Shown here: positions 1 through 14,101 of the stretch, in pieces
Position numbering within the stretch: the stretch's first letter is position 1
Layout: the number at the start of each line of letters is the position of its first letter
Assembly: GCF_000150275.1 (NCBI RefSeq)
Contig: NW_002060950.1
Coordinates: 2,875,016 to 2,939,015 of the forward strand
Direction of reading: 5' to 3'
DNA from: Trichoplax adhaerens
Taxonomy: Eukaryota; Animalia; Placozoa
Length of the DNA stretch: 64,000 nt
Notes under the pieces: model-generated
The model's database searches: none
What the model was told of the DNA's origin: nothing
What the model saw: the letters and a program-made list of their open reading frames with translations, nothing else
Position numbers and translations under genes: made by a program

Positions 1-1855
1 TCGTGAAATCAACTTTTGTAACTGAACTGGATGAATGTATCTCTAATTTAGTGTAGTACTGAAGATGATAATAGTTACCGTTGCTTTGTTCTATTTTTTA
101 AGATTTTACACTCAAATATATACTTACGTACATAACATGGGCACTGATCCTAACAATCCATTCATCCAAGAACAAATGTCTTCCACTAGTCTAAAATATA
201 TGAAAAGGGTAAAGAAGCAGGAGAGAACTTCTGCGCCATACTCTATACTATATATACGCGTATCTCAAATATTCAAACATAATAAAAAAATGGGATCGTA
301 TAGTACACTCTGATATTTTTAACTTTGAATAGATCATGTATTTGATATTTTTTTATTTATTATCATTGACGAGACACACTTGGGTTGTCAGTTATAGAAT
401 TGGATGCACTTGAAACTTGCCAATAGACGTGATTCAACATGTTTTGATTCTTGAGAAATTATCAATTAACTCCTTTCTTGGGTTTTTCACTCATGTCAAA
501 AATTGTCATCAAAAAATACATGAAAGACTCTTTAATATATTGTTTGAAGATAACTCAGTTAATACAATAAAAAATAGAGGCTTTCTTGCATCTTAAAAAC
601 ATAGTGCATATCATAATCGATTTCTGTTGGTTGTCATGTTTTAAACTGTAACTATGCCTATTAGTTATGATTTAAGCTAGGCATGATGAAGATGTGACCA
701 TCATTAAAGCTACAGTACGTTATATCTAGTGGATATTAATCATCGCTATGTACTGTACTGTCGTATTTTGATCACAATATTATTTTCTGCAAACTATTTC
801 ATGTATTAGTAGATATTGTATTATATGGTCAAATCTATTTTTTACCATTTCAGTAAACACTTATTACTTTTACTTTCTCGTCATATTATACAAATACCAT
901 TGTAATTGATTTTATTGTCGTAATGACTCCAATTCTTAACGTCATCTGTGATCTTTTGATTGGACATAAGGCTATGAGTATATTAATGAATGTTGTTAAT
1001 ATCACTAATCCGGTAAATAAAAAAATATGAGCACAGTAGAATATGTTTAATAACGATCATTTCAACTCATGTCTTCCCATTTTAATTATTATTATCGTAT
1101 CTATATATCTTTGATTGCATTCTAGACTTGATTATTCCATGACGTTATTGAATTTATAACCGTTATTTCATGAATATGTTTTGCTTTATCGAGTTAAAAG
1201 CTTTCTACTTTAAGGAAAAAAAACAAAAAAGTAACCATATAAATGCTTCCAAAGTTTAGCAGCGCGATAAATTAGTTCGTAATTGCTACATTACCAAGCT
1301 GTCATGTAGCATCCGACAATTTGGCGCTTCGATTATGAATAGTTCATTAAAGATAAATGTGGTAGCTTGGAAATAAAAAACTATTCTCTACCAAGATGTA
1401 TAGGATACCAATTTTTTTTCTTACACGTCTATGTACAGTACTGTATAACTTCGTGTACAGTATAAACGTGTCGATCACGATGAGCATTGATTGTTACCTA
1501 CTTACAGACAGTATCATATTAATGGACACACGCAAAAAATTGAGTGTACGTGCGAATATATATTTATGCCATGTAATGTACTGTGTATAATATTGATACT
1601 CTCATGTCTTATCATAAGTTACCATTTTCGACAGTTAAATAGATGCACGTAATTGATTGATTTGGTGACTTTTCCTTTAAATAGACAGACATAATGTAGC
1701 CGTAATTACTTTATTATTATGTTTTATTATAATTATCCTAACTACTATTTACTGTATTGTCATAGAAATTGTGCACTTATCTTGTCTTGGTTGAAAAGAA
1801 ACTGAAGGTACATTAGTTTATCATTATTAAGCGACGACGTGAGTTGACCACCTCG

Positions 1856-4800
1856 ATGGAAGAAGACAATTTATCACCATTGGCTAACCATGCCGGTGCC
1901 AATTTGCCTCATTCACGATATTTAAAATCGAGGAGATTGTCGATTAGTGCTGAAGCTTGTAACTTTGATAGTGATGGCGAAGAAGAAGGATCTGGTAAAG
2001 ATTTAGTAGTGGTAAGTCATGATAAGAGTAATGCTCGCATAATCACACTGTATTAATGCATGGTCGTCATGTTGATTAATTTTCGATGACTTATCATTTT
2101 GAGTTATCAATTTTCAATTAATTTAACTAAATGATTTCTGTTAAGGCATAAAAAGTTATATAGCAATTACTGATTTATGTACAAATCATCCTGTGACTCA
2201 AATGGTTTCTGAATTTAAATGCTGTTTCCTATTCTTTTATTTCAAGTAACATTGAGAATGTACAGTACAGTACTTATAATATTGGCGAACCTTTCTGTCT
2301 GCTGTAGCTATGCATAGTAATTATAGAATTATTATTGCAGATACCGTGTTAAAATGACTATATTTGCTAACGAATTTTGAGAACTAGACGAGTATATCTA
2401 TGAGAAAATAACTTGAAGGAATAATGACATGGACATTATAGAATCTAGTGCATTTTCTGTTTTTATTTCTTTACTATTTTTTCCTATTATATAATTCTTT
2501 CGTCGTTGATAATATTCGCTATTAATTGTCGATCGACTCTTGCAGATATGAAAATATGCGTTTCAATTTCGTGACGTTTTTCAATATTGTTCACCCCGTG
2601 TAATGAAAGGACTATAGTTTATAGGCCATTATCACCGTAAAGTAGAATATAAGTTAATAAGTATTTGATATTGTGTCTTAAATACATGAACGTTACTTTA
2701 TTTAAAATCAAATTTCAAAATAACATTATCGTTGCGCTAGTTCTTATGTATCTCGCATTATTCAGCGAAGCAGTAAACTTCACTATGAACTAACCATTAA
2801 ATATCACAGTGAAACATATACATTATAAATTTCGCATCATCGTTTTATAGAGAATGCATTACAATATTACGTCCAAGTTGAGGAATTTTTGACAGAGGGC
2901 GAAAAACTACGATGTTATAATTTAGCAGATGATAAATTTCTGTACTGTGTTTCAAGGTCCCTTTAAGCAAATTTATTGTAGTGGCAGATACTATTAGCTT
3001 AATATATCCCCACTTATTGGTGTTATCATGCCGCACAATATAGTGCATACCTAGTAATGGAAAAACTTATTAATAAGTACTTCGTACTTAGTTTAGAAAT
3101 GATGACATATGGGAGTTTCAATATACCGATATTCATATTGATACTTATTGATGCAATATTGATAAAGTATGAATGATATGGATTATTGAAGACTATGACT
3201 GTTGTATCGGGTTTCTTTTTATGTCATTTTAATATCTCAATATGCCAGCACTTACCTCTTTTTCTTTCATAAATATATTGAATTGAAAGCAAATTTACAT
3301 CTTGATCGATAAAGTAAAATTCTGTCATCTTTAAGTCATTTATGTTTCATAAAGCCATTAATTAAATCATTTCTTTTTTCATTTTTTAAACGCGTTAATC
3401 TCTTGTGTGGCATACATCAAACCCGGGGGCATAAATACCGTTTTAATACTTGCAATACATTTTTGTACGATATTCTTCGACTACTGTACTATTGTTTAAA
3501 ATTATAACCCTAAACTTGTATATATTATCGTATCATATTATCGTCAATCTGTTATATCTTTTTATATTTGTAATGTTCAAAAAGACCAACATTTAAAATA
3601 TTGGAAAAATTCTTTTTGCAGTTGGTAAATTGCTTTGAATTCAGCGATTGCTATGATAACGAAGTAAAAATGATGATATACAGTATATTAAGGATAAGAC
3701 TGCAATAAATAAATAATACCGTACTTAATGCATAGGCAAAATTATAATCATCGATATTACGCTGACGAATGTGATCGTATTTTTTACAGTAGATGTTAAC
3801 AGAGTCGACATTGATACGACTTTAATACGACATTAGCACATTAGAAAGAAACCCATAGTGCATACGTACTGCGTCTTGTTTTAGGCTTTAATTCGTTAAA
3901 CAATTTCTGATGGATAAGTTAATCAGTAGAAGTTGTACAGAGTTGATAGATTTCTCGTATGTGGGATAAAGGTACTATGCCATCGATGGAAGATTTGCCA
4001 GTGTATCAAATATCTGATGTTTAATATTCAGTGATTAAAGGCTACGCTTGCGATTTTTTACGCAGTTAATGCTATTTAATTGACCTATTTGTTAATTCTA
4101 CGGTTTTACTATTTCAAAAATCAATCAGAACTAGTACAAAAATTAGCGTATATCTTTCTTTAATTATATCATATTGACGATGTTTGTAGCTTCAGCTAAC
4201 ATACCGATAAAATTTAAATTCCATGTAATATAAAAACCTTTAAATATCGTCGTTATGCAATTTAAGGTTAACAAGGAGTCGTCATGTGTATATGCTATAC
4301 CGATCAGCGATTATAAATATTATTAGATGAGATTTGTTGCTGTTGCATCATTTTGCATTCCTGCCAAAAGCAAGATCAAATCGTTAAGCTGTTGGATGAT
4401 AAAATTACGAATATAGTGCGACTTAAAATTGCAGCCTATATTGTACGTAGAGAGGCAATTTATTGTACAAATTACGGAAATGATATTGTAATGCTACACT
4501 TTATTTGGTATCTATGATCTGAAATAATTGAAATGAATTTTAGTCCTTTACACAGATGATTTATTACCGAATAGAGTATTTAGAACGAGCGACAAATTCG
4601 ATACACCCTTCTTATGTGAAATATCAAATGTATCTACTCAATTTCAATTTGTTATTGAAGAGCAGTTATTATAGGATTCCTAAAAGCAACTTAATTTAGA
4701 TGTAAATGATGTGTAATTTAATCCGTCAGTCGTCTACGGTGAAGGTGATAACTTTTTCTTATATTTTTAACTATTTATCATACCTTATTGCTAGTTATCA

Positions 4801-7687
4801 TGACTAAATATAGAAACTCATTATAAATTATTAGATGGAGTTATATGATAATCCGTTCAGATTTAGATAAATTACTTTCAAATATTCATCATAATTACTG
4901 ATTAAGTTATAAATGATATTTAATGATATAAACGATGGATTATAATTCCTCGAAACTTAATGAAAATGCATTTAATGAGAGATTTTAACTTAGTATGATT
5001 ACTTCACATATACCTTATAACCTATCATTACATGTGATCTCTATAAAGAATAATTGTAATATGAATACAATTTATCGATATTTTGAAAGGGTAGGACTTT
5101 AAATAATCTATAATTATAATGCAATGATCAAACTTTTGTTTTATGTCTAGTTGATTTCTTGAATACATTTTATCAACTACGCCTTAAGATTTAGTAACTT
5201 TCTTTGGCTCTTTTTAATTGGACTTGTATATTCATAGTCTAATAACAAAACTAAAAAAATAGGGCATAAAGTTACTTATATCACGTTATCATTAATGATA
5301 CTAAATATACACCGTATTGCAGACGTAATCAGCCTTGACTCTTAAAAGAATTAATTAAATCGAATACTATATATGTAATCAACTGGACGAAAATTAACTA
5401 AATACTATTAATTCTTATGATCGAAGTTAGTATTAATACTGAAGGCCTCGATTAATGAAGTAAATATCAAAAGCAGTCTAACGAATGAAATGATTGGTGA
5501 TTATGTTATTATAATTATCGAAATAATTGTAATTGAATTTTAGGTATTAATCTTTTCGTGATAGTTTCCTGTAAGGCTGTAACAGTAAGATTAGTACAAT
5601 AGGGTTATGCCTTCTTTGGCGTCTTATATCCTCAACTAAATGATATTTGAGTAATAGTCTCATATTGTGATATGATTCTATATCTATCAGTAGTACCGCT
5701 ACGTAGTGCAAACAATATTAGAATAACATGCACCTGTTTCAACATAGTCTGGCTCTGTGGATATTGTAATAATACAATTACTGCTATTGTTACTATATTT
5801 CAAGTCAATGCAAGACTGTCATAATTGCTGATTAGCTAATAATAACGACTAGTTATTTTATTGACATTTTTATATTCCTGTCAAGTATAAAGATATAACT
5901 AACTTACTGTACTTGTGGTCAAGACATAAATAGAAGCCACATTTACATGTTATTGTAGTGGAAAAAGTTAAATCCAGATGAAACAATAACAAATAGGTAT
6001 TGCTTTTAGTATCCGTTGAGTTGATATTTGTTTTTACTATGATTACATCTGAACCTATTGTCTAATTTCCTTCACCTGTTCTTGTTGTCCTGGTATTTAA
6101 GAATTAGCTCAACATTTTGGTTTACAATTAATGGGTCTTCCATCAATGATCTAACTAAAAATAACACATCTGATAATTGATTTACATTTTGTAGATTGTA
6201 ATTTTTTAGCTCAGATTTATAGCAGATTTTAGCAGGAACTGAAGTGCAAAGTGATTAAATATTAGTGCTATTGACTTAACATCATCATCGTTACAGCCTG
6301 TCGTTATCATTGTATAGCTTCAACGTAATTTAAACTGCTTTTGGCTCAGGGTGGGGTGATTTTACACATAAGTAGTATAGCAGCATTTGCGCTACTGCAA
6401 GGTTGCTGACACGTATATAGATGCTATAAATTCATATAGTATATCATTTTTAGCTGAAATCCAATCTATGTTTTATAACAGCTAATATTGTTAATTCTTT
6501 AACTGATTTAAAATTTTTAAATTTTAAAAAGAAATTATTCCTGTAGAGAAATATTTAAAACTTATTATTACCTTTAGGTTAAACATCCTAAAAGTGATGA
6601 ACAGTTGGCTCGATTAAATAGTGCAATTACCAAAACCTTCGTTTTCAAAGCATTAAATGATGAACAACGTGAATTAGTTATTGACTCAATGTACGAGAAG
6701 TGTGTGGCTAAAGGTAAGAAATATTAAATATCAAAATCGGGATAATTGATGGCATGCATAGCTGAGCATCATACCGTCTTTATGAATAATTATAACAACC
6801 GCTTGTATATAGAATAAATGACCGGAAATTAGCATAATGTTATAATGTTACTCCATAATTTTATATCGTTATGTAAATAGGTTATGACGATAGTATCAGC
6901 TTTCTGTACTCATTCTTACTGTGGGAATTTTTGATACAGTGCACAAAGCTTTATCTAAAGTATATGAAACGATTTATTATCATTAGGAAATGACGTTATT
7001 CGTCAAGGCGATGATGGCGATAATTTCTATATTGTTGATGCCGGCATTTTTGAAGCCATTGTTAAACGAGACGGCAAAAGTGAAGTTGTCTTCAAATACG
7101 ATAATTCTGGTAGCTTTGGCGAGCTAGCATTGATGTACAATACCCCCCGATCGGCCACAGTGCGTGCTTCTACGGACGGTGTACTATGGACTTTGAGTGG
7201 TGAAATGTTCCGACAAATTGTCTTAAAAGCTGCTCGAAAGAAGAGGGAAGAATTCCGTAAATTGTTACAATCTGTAACCATATTGAAAGAACTGAGTACA
7301 TACGAATTGGAAAATGTTGCGGATGCGTTAATTTTAAAAAAGTATAAGAATGGTGAATGTATCTTTAAGGAAGGTGATCAAGCGTACGAATTATACTTTG
7401 TATTAGCAGGTGCGGTCGAAATCCGAATGCTTGATAAATCAAACAGACAAAGTGGCCAACAAGTAAAAATAACAGAGTGTCCAGTTGGCAGTTACTTCGG
7501 CGAACTTGCGTGGCTAAAAAAGGATCCTAGGGCAGCATCGGCCTATGCTCTTGGTAATGTAACTTTAGCTGAATTGGACGTTTACGCATTTGAACGTTTA
7601 CTCGGCCCTTGTCGCGAAATTATGGAAAGAAATGCCAAGGCATACGAAAAACCATTAATTGAGAAATTTGGCTCGTTGGCAATGTAA
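1856..7687 (+). CDS. PRKAR2: cAMP-dependent protein kinase regulatory subunit, type II-like; exons 1856-2011, 6578-6713, 6987-7687
   Basis: Exon 1 has the substrate-type inhibitor site RRLSISAE (Ser at the P-site, RII type). Exon 2 reads VKHPKSDEQLARL...FKALNDEQRELVIDSMYEK. Exon 3 has two cyclic-nucleotide-binding domains (IRQGDDGDNFY...FGELALMYNTPRSATV and FGELAWLKKDPRAASA). GT/AG junctions are phase-consistent (0, 1). The true 5' end is uncertain. Confidence 0.93.
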
Positions 7688-10600
7688 AATTAAGACTTCA
7701 GGACCAATTATATTATCATAATGTTGCAGCTAGTGATGCTGTTAGGGTAGGCAACCATTCCAGCTGTTTCAAATCGACCGTAGTTAGTTTTATCTACCAT
7801 AAGAAAGCGATTTTGACACCGACAACATCGACGAAAAATTTAATTTCGACAAGACTATTGGCAATTTCTCGTAAAAAATGTGTATTTGTATGTAATATCT
7901 TTGTCCTTACATGTAGTATAATTATTTTAGAAATTATCCAACGTGTGGCAATCGATTGCTGAAATTATAAAATTTCGTAGCAAATTTACATTACTTTAGA
8001 AAATATATCAAGGACATGAATTGTGCTATTATAAAGTGCATTTACGATATCAGTTGATGATCGTTGGTTTGAGGTATTAATGAGCAATTTAAGGTTTACA
8101 TACTTTGATGTTGGCCAGCTAATTATTAATGATATTTTTAGTTAGTGACTGTTGATAAAGTATTACGAGTTAAATTTACTTACCAATTGCTAAATGTCAA
8201 GTATTATATTTAATGTTTTGACTGATAAATGATACCATTAACTGCAGTATTTACATGTTAGTATCTTACTGTATACGTGTATTATTTACCAAGCAAGATG
8301 GTACAACGTGATCTAGGCACAAGACTTGGTATTATATTACACCATCATCTTGGAGCTACTTACAGTCTAGACAATGTGATGATACGCTGTAGTATCTAAC
8401 GATAACGTTTGTAACTGTAAGCCGTTGATGACAAAGATATTTTCTGGCTATTTTGTCGAGGAATGTATCTGGTTTGTGTATCATGTTTGCTGTAGTTAGT
8501 GAATGTAGCCGCTATAGTATGAGCTGGTATGAATGATTTGTTCCGGATATACAGTAGTCAGTAGTTTACGAGACAAGTTGCTATACAATCATACCAGTAT
8601 TTGTTAAGTACTAATAAAATGTAATCGAGCAAAATTGTATTGGGATATGACGGTAACATTTTCTTACTTGACCTGCTATGATGGAGTGATATATGTGGAC
8701 TACTAAAACACCAAGGACGTGACAATCTCTACGGTGAAATACCATACTGTATGAGTCCAAACTTGATACTGTACGGCGTATTATAGACTTATTGCATAAA
8801 TTAACATACAAATTGCTTCATTTTGGAATCATGCGGTAATTATGATTTCACTTTTTAGCGTTCAAATCATGAGTGAATACTGCTAATTCTAAAGCATATG
8901 AAATGCGAGTTATTAATTTAATTTCTAATTAGATTATAGCGGTAAAATGTTAAAAAGCGCTGTACATCTATTCATTGCAAAAATGAATAATAGGTTAGAA
9001 GCGTCGAACGGTATTTTTGATGGATCTTAGTCATTGGGCTGCTTTTCGTCCGACTGTCATACTAAATGCTGAGCACGCTACTAGATTTAAAGAACATAGC
9101 AATGGCACCGTTGTGAGATTCAGCATTTTGCGTACATAACGTTATGAAACTCCGTATGTTGATGTGCCCTCGATTCCCCAATCAATATGAGCATTCAGGA
9201 CTGATAGAGGTACTGTAGGAGAAAAAGCCTCACTTATACGTATATTTTCATGCATATACTCTGCCGCAGGAAGCATATATAGTAAGATAATCTACCTGTA
9301 AATTTTCTTTTAACGTACTGCTTTGTGCTGAATACGACAATTTCATTTGAACGGGAAATTAAGTAATGTATATAATTGGTCTAAAACTAAATGCAGCGGT
9401 TCTAACCCTATTACTGTACCGATAATTTCCCAACCCGCCCATTAATCCTATTGATAATTCCCCTACCCTAAAAATTATTAAAATAATTTTTTCAACAATT
9501 TTAACAAAAAATAGCTTTAACATGAATGAACTCGAAAATTAAGGTAGTACAGAGGTATAGGCTAGATGAGCATAAGCCTGCAGTGTAACTGACTGACTGT
9601 CCTGCAACAAAATCGAATTTGACAAAGGCATATAAGCATATTTTAACTCCTTAGTATGAAATTACTGTTCCATATTAGTTTCTAAAATTTACCGATAAAG
9701 ATTAAAAATGAAAATAGTGACTAGTTGATCACAAGAGTTGACCATAGATTTTACGAGTGGCTAAGGAATGCATTTAATTGTGAATCTGTCTCAAATTGCG
9801 GTTATGCTTGCTCATTATGGCTAGTGAAAACATATTTAATCTGTGATAATCATAGACTCTAATAATTAATAACTATAATGCGCGTAGTAGTAAAGTATAA
9901 TATTAAATTTAAGAAAAATCAACCGGCGACTAAGTGATCCGATACTTGTCTATCGGGTAATTAATGAAAAGGGAAACTTAATAATAATTCAAGTAAACAG
10001 TTCGCATAAATCATTGTTTTTATCAAAAGACGAATGGATTGAGAAGTAAGTTCTGGAAGATAACTTGCCTGTGCAACGGTAGCGATCTGAGCTTACACTA
10101 AATGTTGTGGCTACGTAAATAATGACCACTTGCAAGAATAAATTAGTAATTCTAAGGTTTAAAGTTAAAAATTACTTTTGATCAGATTTTAACGGTAAGA
10201 GTATAACCATGTTATTTCTTGCAATTTTTCTTTAGTTCGATAAATAAAATAAAAAAGACTACCATCAAGTGTATTATTGAGATTCACTTTATCGGTTTTG
10301 CTTAATAATTGCCAATCTGCTTGATAGCGAATGACCAATTTTTTTATTTTTCGTTACGAGCCATAGACATTAAAGATACATAATAGTTTATTGTGCAAAA
10401 ACTAATCAATGCAGCAATCAAAAGGTGTAGCATTCACTGCTGTATATGAATAGTATAAGTAACAGTGTGAAATATTTGTGATTACTAGCTACTTTTTTTA
10501 TCTAATAAATGATAATTAAAACAACAGCTTTGGTTGAAACTTTCAATTTATCGTAAGCTTGAGTCTAAAGTAAAGGCTGTAATTATTATTATAATTATAA

Positions 10601-10773
10601 GGAAGCGTTAGTATAAGCTGTAAAATAGTTCATTTGTTAGGCTAATTCATTTCTCTCGATTGATTAGCTATGATAACGCGTTCTGGTTGTAATAACTTTT
10701 TGCTTGAAATAATCTATGAGTTAGGTACCGGTATCTAGTCCAAAATAGCTAAGCTGCATCATCATCGAACTTA

Positions 10774-11391
10774 TCAAGCACTTCTAATCCAATCATTAGA
10801 TTTTGCCTCATATGCATCGTCCCAATCGAAAGAGGTCTTTTGCTGTTGCATAGAAGTACTGATCCAATTACTCGATTTTGCTTCATACGCATCGTCCCAA
10901 TCGAAAGAGTTCTTTTGCTGTTGCAGTGAAGTGCCTGCCCAATCATTCGATTTTGCTTGATAGGCATCGTCCCAATTGAAAGAAGTCTTTTGCTGTTGTG
11001 AAACAGGCCCTACGAAAGCGTTCGATTTTCCTTGATAGGCATCATCCCAATCGAAAGAAGTCTTTTGCTGTTGTGAAGCAGGCCCTACTAAAGCGTTCGA
11101 TTTTCCTTGATAGGCATCATCCCAATCGAAAGAAGTCTTTTGCTGTTGTGAAGCAGGCCCTACTAAAGCGTTCGATTTTCCTTGATAGGCATCATCCCAA
11201 TCGAAAGAAGTCTTTTGCTGTTGTGAAGCAGGCCCTACTAAAGCGTTCGATTTTCCTTGATAGGCATCATCCCAATCGAAAGAAGTCTTTTGCTGTTGAA
11301 CAAAATTACCTAATGCAGCATGTGAAAGGTGTCTAGCAAAGCCGGTTGAAATTATGTAAGCGTACCATATAATCATTACCTTGCCCCACAT
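10774..11391 (-). CDS. Secreted repeat peptide (neuropeptide-like) precursor, 205 aa, 7 copies of QQQK(T/N)SF(D/N)WDDAY(Q/E)(G/A)K
   Basis: ATG at 11391. Signal-like N-terminus MWGKVMIIWYAYIISTGFA, then seven 25-aa units (last one 24 aa). Four units end YQ-G-K (Gly amide donor plus basic cleavage site). Single exon. Confidence 0.85.
   Translation of the reverse strand: MWGKVMIIWYAYIISTGFARHLSHAALGNFVQQQKTSFDWDDAYQGKSNALVGPASQQQKTSFDWDDAYQGKSNALVGPASQQQKTSFDWDDAYQGKSNALVGPASQQQKTSFDWDDAYQGKSNAFVGPVSQQQKTSFNWDDAYQAKSNDWAGTSLQQQKNSFDWDDAYEAKSSNWISTSMQQQKTSFDWDDAYEAKSNDWIRSA
10777..11298 (-). repeat. Coding tandem repeat, 75-bp unit x7
   Basis: The first three units are identical in protein and near-identical in DNA; the units diverge progressively toward the 3' end. 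Confidence 0.95.
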
Positions 11392-11497
11392 ATTTGCTAA
11401 AAATGCTGATTTACTCCAATTCAAACCTGAAGTTATAAAGAATCGCTGTTATGAGTGTGGGTTTAAGCTAGCTAATCAAGTCAATCAATAAGTTTGT

Positions 11498-11505
11498 CTT
11501 ATATA
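11498..11505 (-). promoter_or_regulatory. Possible TATA box (TATATAAG) of the WDDAYQ precursor gene
   Basis: Lies about 110 bp upstream of the ATG on the coding strand. The AT-rich background makes this weak. Confidence 0.3.
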
Positions 11506-14063
11506 TGCTTATTTTATGTGGTAGTTAAATTAAAATTATACCAACGATTACCGATTACGTCTTTTATTCATATTGATATAATATGGTCTTGTTAATAGAA
11601 TTAAGTAATTGCAAAGTTCAATCTTAATGACAATTAGAATAGAATATAACCTGTTCACAAGTTGTAGTATACTCAAATACGAGGATAATGTAGATGATGC
11701 GTTTAGCTGAATAAATGGACGTTTTTAGCAGGCTTCATTTAGTGCTGCTATTTCTATGATCTTAATCTACATTGTTTACCGTCCAAAATTAGAATTTTAG
11801 ATGTTAATCAAAATACTATTTGTAGCATTGAATAAGCATTCTTACAATAACTAAATATCTAATTATGTATTGCTCATCCAATAATTAAGTTAGCTAATTG
11901 CTAGTTACTTATGTAAGATATTAGTCAATATTACAGAATCTCGGTATTTTAGTAACATAATAGAAATATAACATGCTTCCATCTGGTTAACATTGATATT
12001 AAATCTAAATCTAAATATAGCTGATTAGCTTAATTTTAAATCTTCTTTAAACAAAGATATTCTAGTTAATTGTGAATTTTAAATATTTATTAATGCTTCA
12101 AATATTACGTCTATTCCTAAATGTCCAGTTATATATATTATATAGGATTTTCATTCAATTTTAATTTAGATATTCACTCCGGAGATAATTTCATTATTGA
12201 GTTACGAATTGAGTCGTTTTGATTTTTGTACTATGGAGAATTTTAGTACAAGTTAAATTCATAAACAAATTTAATCGCATAAACATCTGCTCTCGAAGAT
12301 AACCGCTACAAATCAGTTAACGCTTGGTATTTGAAGTACTACATATGCTTCCAATAATTTTTCAGCATGTAACTACACTATTCTTAGTAATCATGTAAAA
12401 TTTAGTTTTAGTTGGGCAACCCAGCTGTAAATTGAGTCGCTACTTCAGTTTTTCCTCAGCAATACGTTATAAAATTTTGATACTAATCAACGCCAGTTGC
12501 CATAATGATATATGATATATGTATATTGATAGCGATATCTTTGTGCGGTTAAATTTGTTAATTATTATATTGCACCTTTCTAGGGCTGTAACTGTGGACT
12601 AGGAATAAAGTTATGAGTAGCTCTATGACCTCATGTTTCATTCTCGATCCATAAGTATAAAACATGACTTCCTAGTAGATCTAAACACTGAATCAGACCT
12701 AAATTGTCCATACCTATAAGCTTAATGAAATTATGGTCAAATCTTCTTTAAAATCTGATTGATCATTTCGTAACTAGATTAATCAATGCGTAGGATTACC
12801 GTGTCCTCTTATAAAGATGAAAATTAATATTAGCTTGCTTACTTGCTTGTTACAAATAAGGAAGCTGATCAAGGATTTACTGATGTGTCCAAGTACTCAT
12901 GCCTTGATTATAATTTTTAAGCTACCCTGTAACGATGAAAATTGAAATTACTGTACCTTGCAAATTATAAATAGGAGCAGTAGATCAATATTTTAATAAT
13001 TCTTCGCATTACTAATAACTTGATTACTATGCCACTTAGCAAACATGAAAATTGAAATTCGCTTGTTTACTGTAAATAAGAGAAAACGGATTAACATTGC
13101 GGTATCTTTTCGTATCAATCTTTTATCTTGTCAGCTACGAGTGAGATGATGTTTTCATGATATCATCCAAATTTTATTCCTTCTAGTCATTATTACCGTA
13201 AGTATTAAATTTCAAATGCTATTCCACTAAGTATAAGCGAGAGACTTTGATATCAGCATATAAATCTTAAATATTACTAATTTAGAAACTATAAAGGGGT
13301 AAAGATATCACAAACCCTGTAACAAGTAGAAACTTAGACCAGGAGCAGCAAAAATTATTAATGCCTGTTACCAAGATGTATTGTTACTGAGCTTCATAAT
13401 GATATAAATTTAATACTCCCTGGCTATTTAGCTCCTCAGGAATTCTAGTAATAGATAAATAGATGGATCTATTGATGGTTATAATAGACCAAATTTATAA
13501 TACCACGCGTTTATTTCTTAGCCATTATACATCTCCAATTCACTATGATGAAGAATATGAAGACACTGCAGTTAATTGATAGAAAGCATCACTGACTATC
13601 CGTGTCTGATCTTCAAAATTAATTATCCTAAACTCTATCATAGCATTATTTGTTACTATTTGCTTACTTAAGAATTAGTATCAGTGAGTTTGAAGTAGAT
13701 TAAATGTTTAATTCTTGAATTTATTCATAAGCGGTCTCATATCTCTAATTAAATAGAGCGAATGATATAATTAATACTAAGGTACCGTATGGAAGACTTT
13801 TTTAACGGAAAGTAATCGAAATTTTATATCTACATCCAAGATTTAGTGTGACTGAGCTCGATATAGCGCAGATCTATTACCTGCATCTTTAAGATTAGGC
13901 ATCAAAAGATTTCATGATAAATCAGTTTATAACGTCCTGAAATGCTGTTTCACTGCCAGATATCTTCAATTTAATACTGTATCTGCATATTTAGAGATTA
14001 TTATCAAAAATTTCTCACAAACTATATAGATACAAGATTAGGGATTTATTCAGGAGATGCATC

Positions 14064-14101
14064 ATGGACTACTAGATATACCTGTACATCTAGTAGTCCA
14101 T
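14064..14101. repeat. Short palindromic element, perfect 14-bp arms ATGGACTACTAGAT/ATCTAGTAGTCCAT
   Basis: Perfect inverted repeat with a 10-nt loop. Related elements occur at 25922-25962 and 34175-34215. Confidence 0.75.

Noticed and set aside
8290-8820. Less AT-rich stretch with faint coding-like (GPCR-like) fragments on the minus strand
   Set aside because: Stops in all frames and no diagnostic motif.
7687-10774. Functional link between PKA-R and the neighbouring peptide genes (cAMP signalling module)
   Set aside because: Convergent adjacency alone is not evidence in a eukaryotic genome.
10998-11336. Plus-strand basic repeat ORF with KR and RKK sites
   Set aside because: Antisense shadow of the 75-bp coding repeat, with a non-ATG start and no signal peptide.
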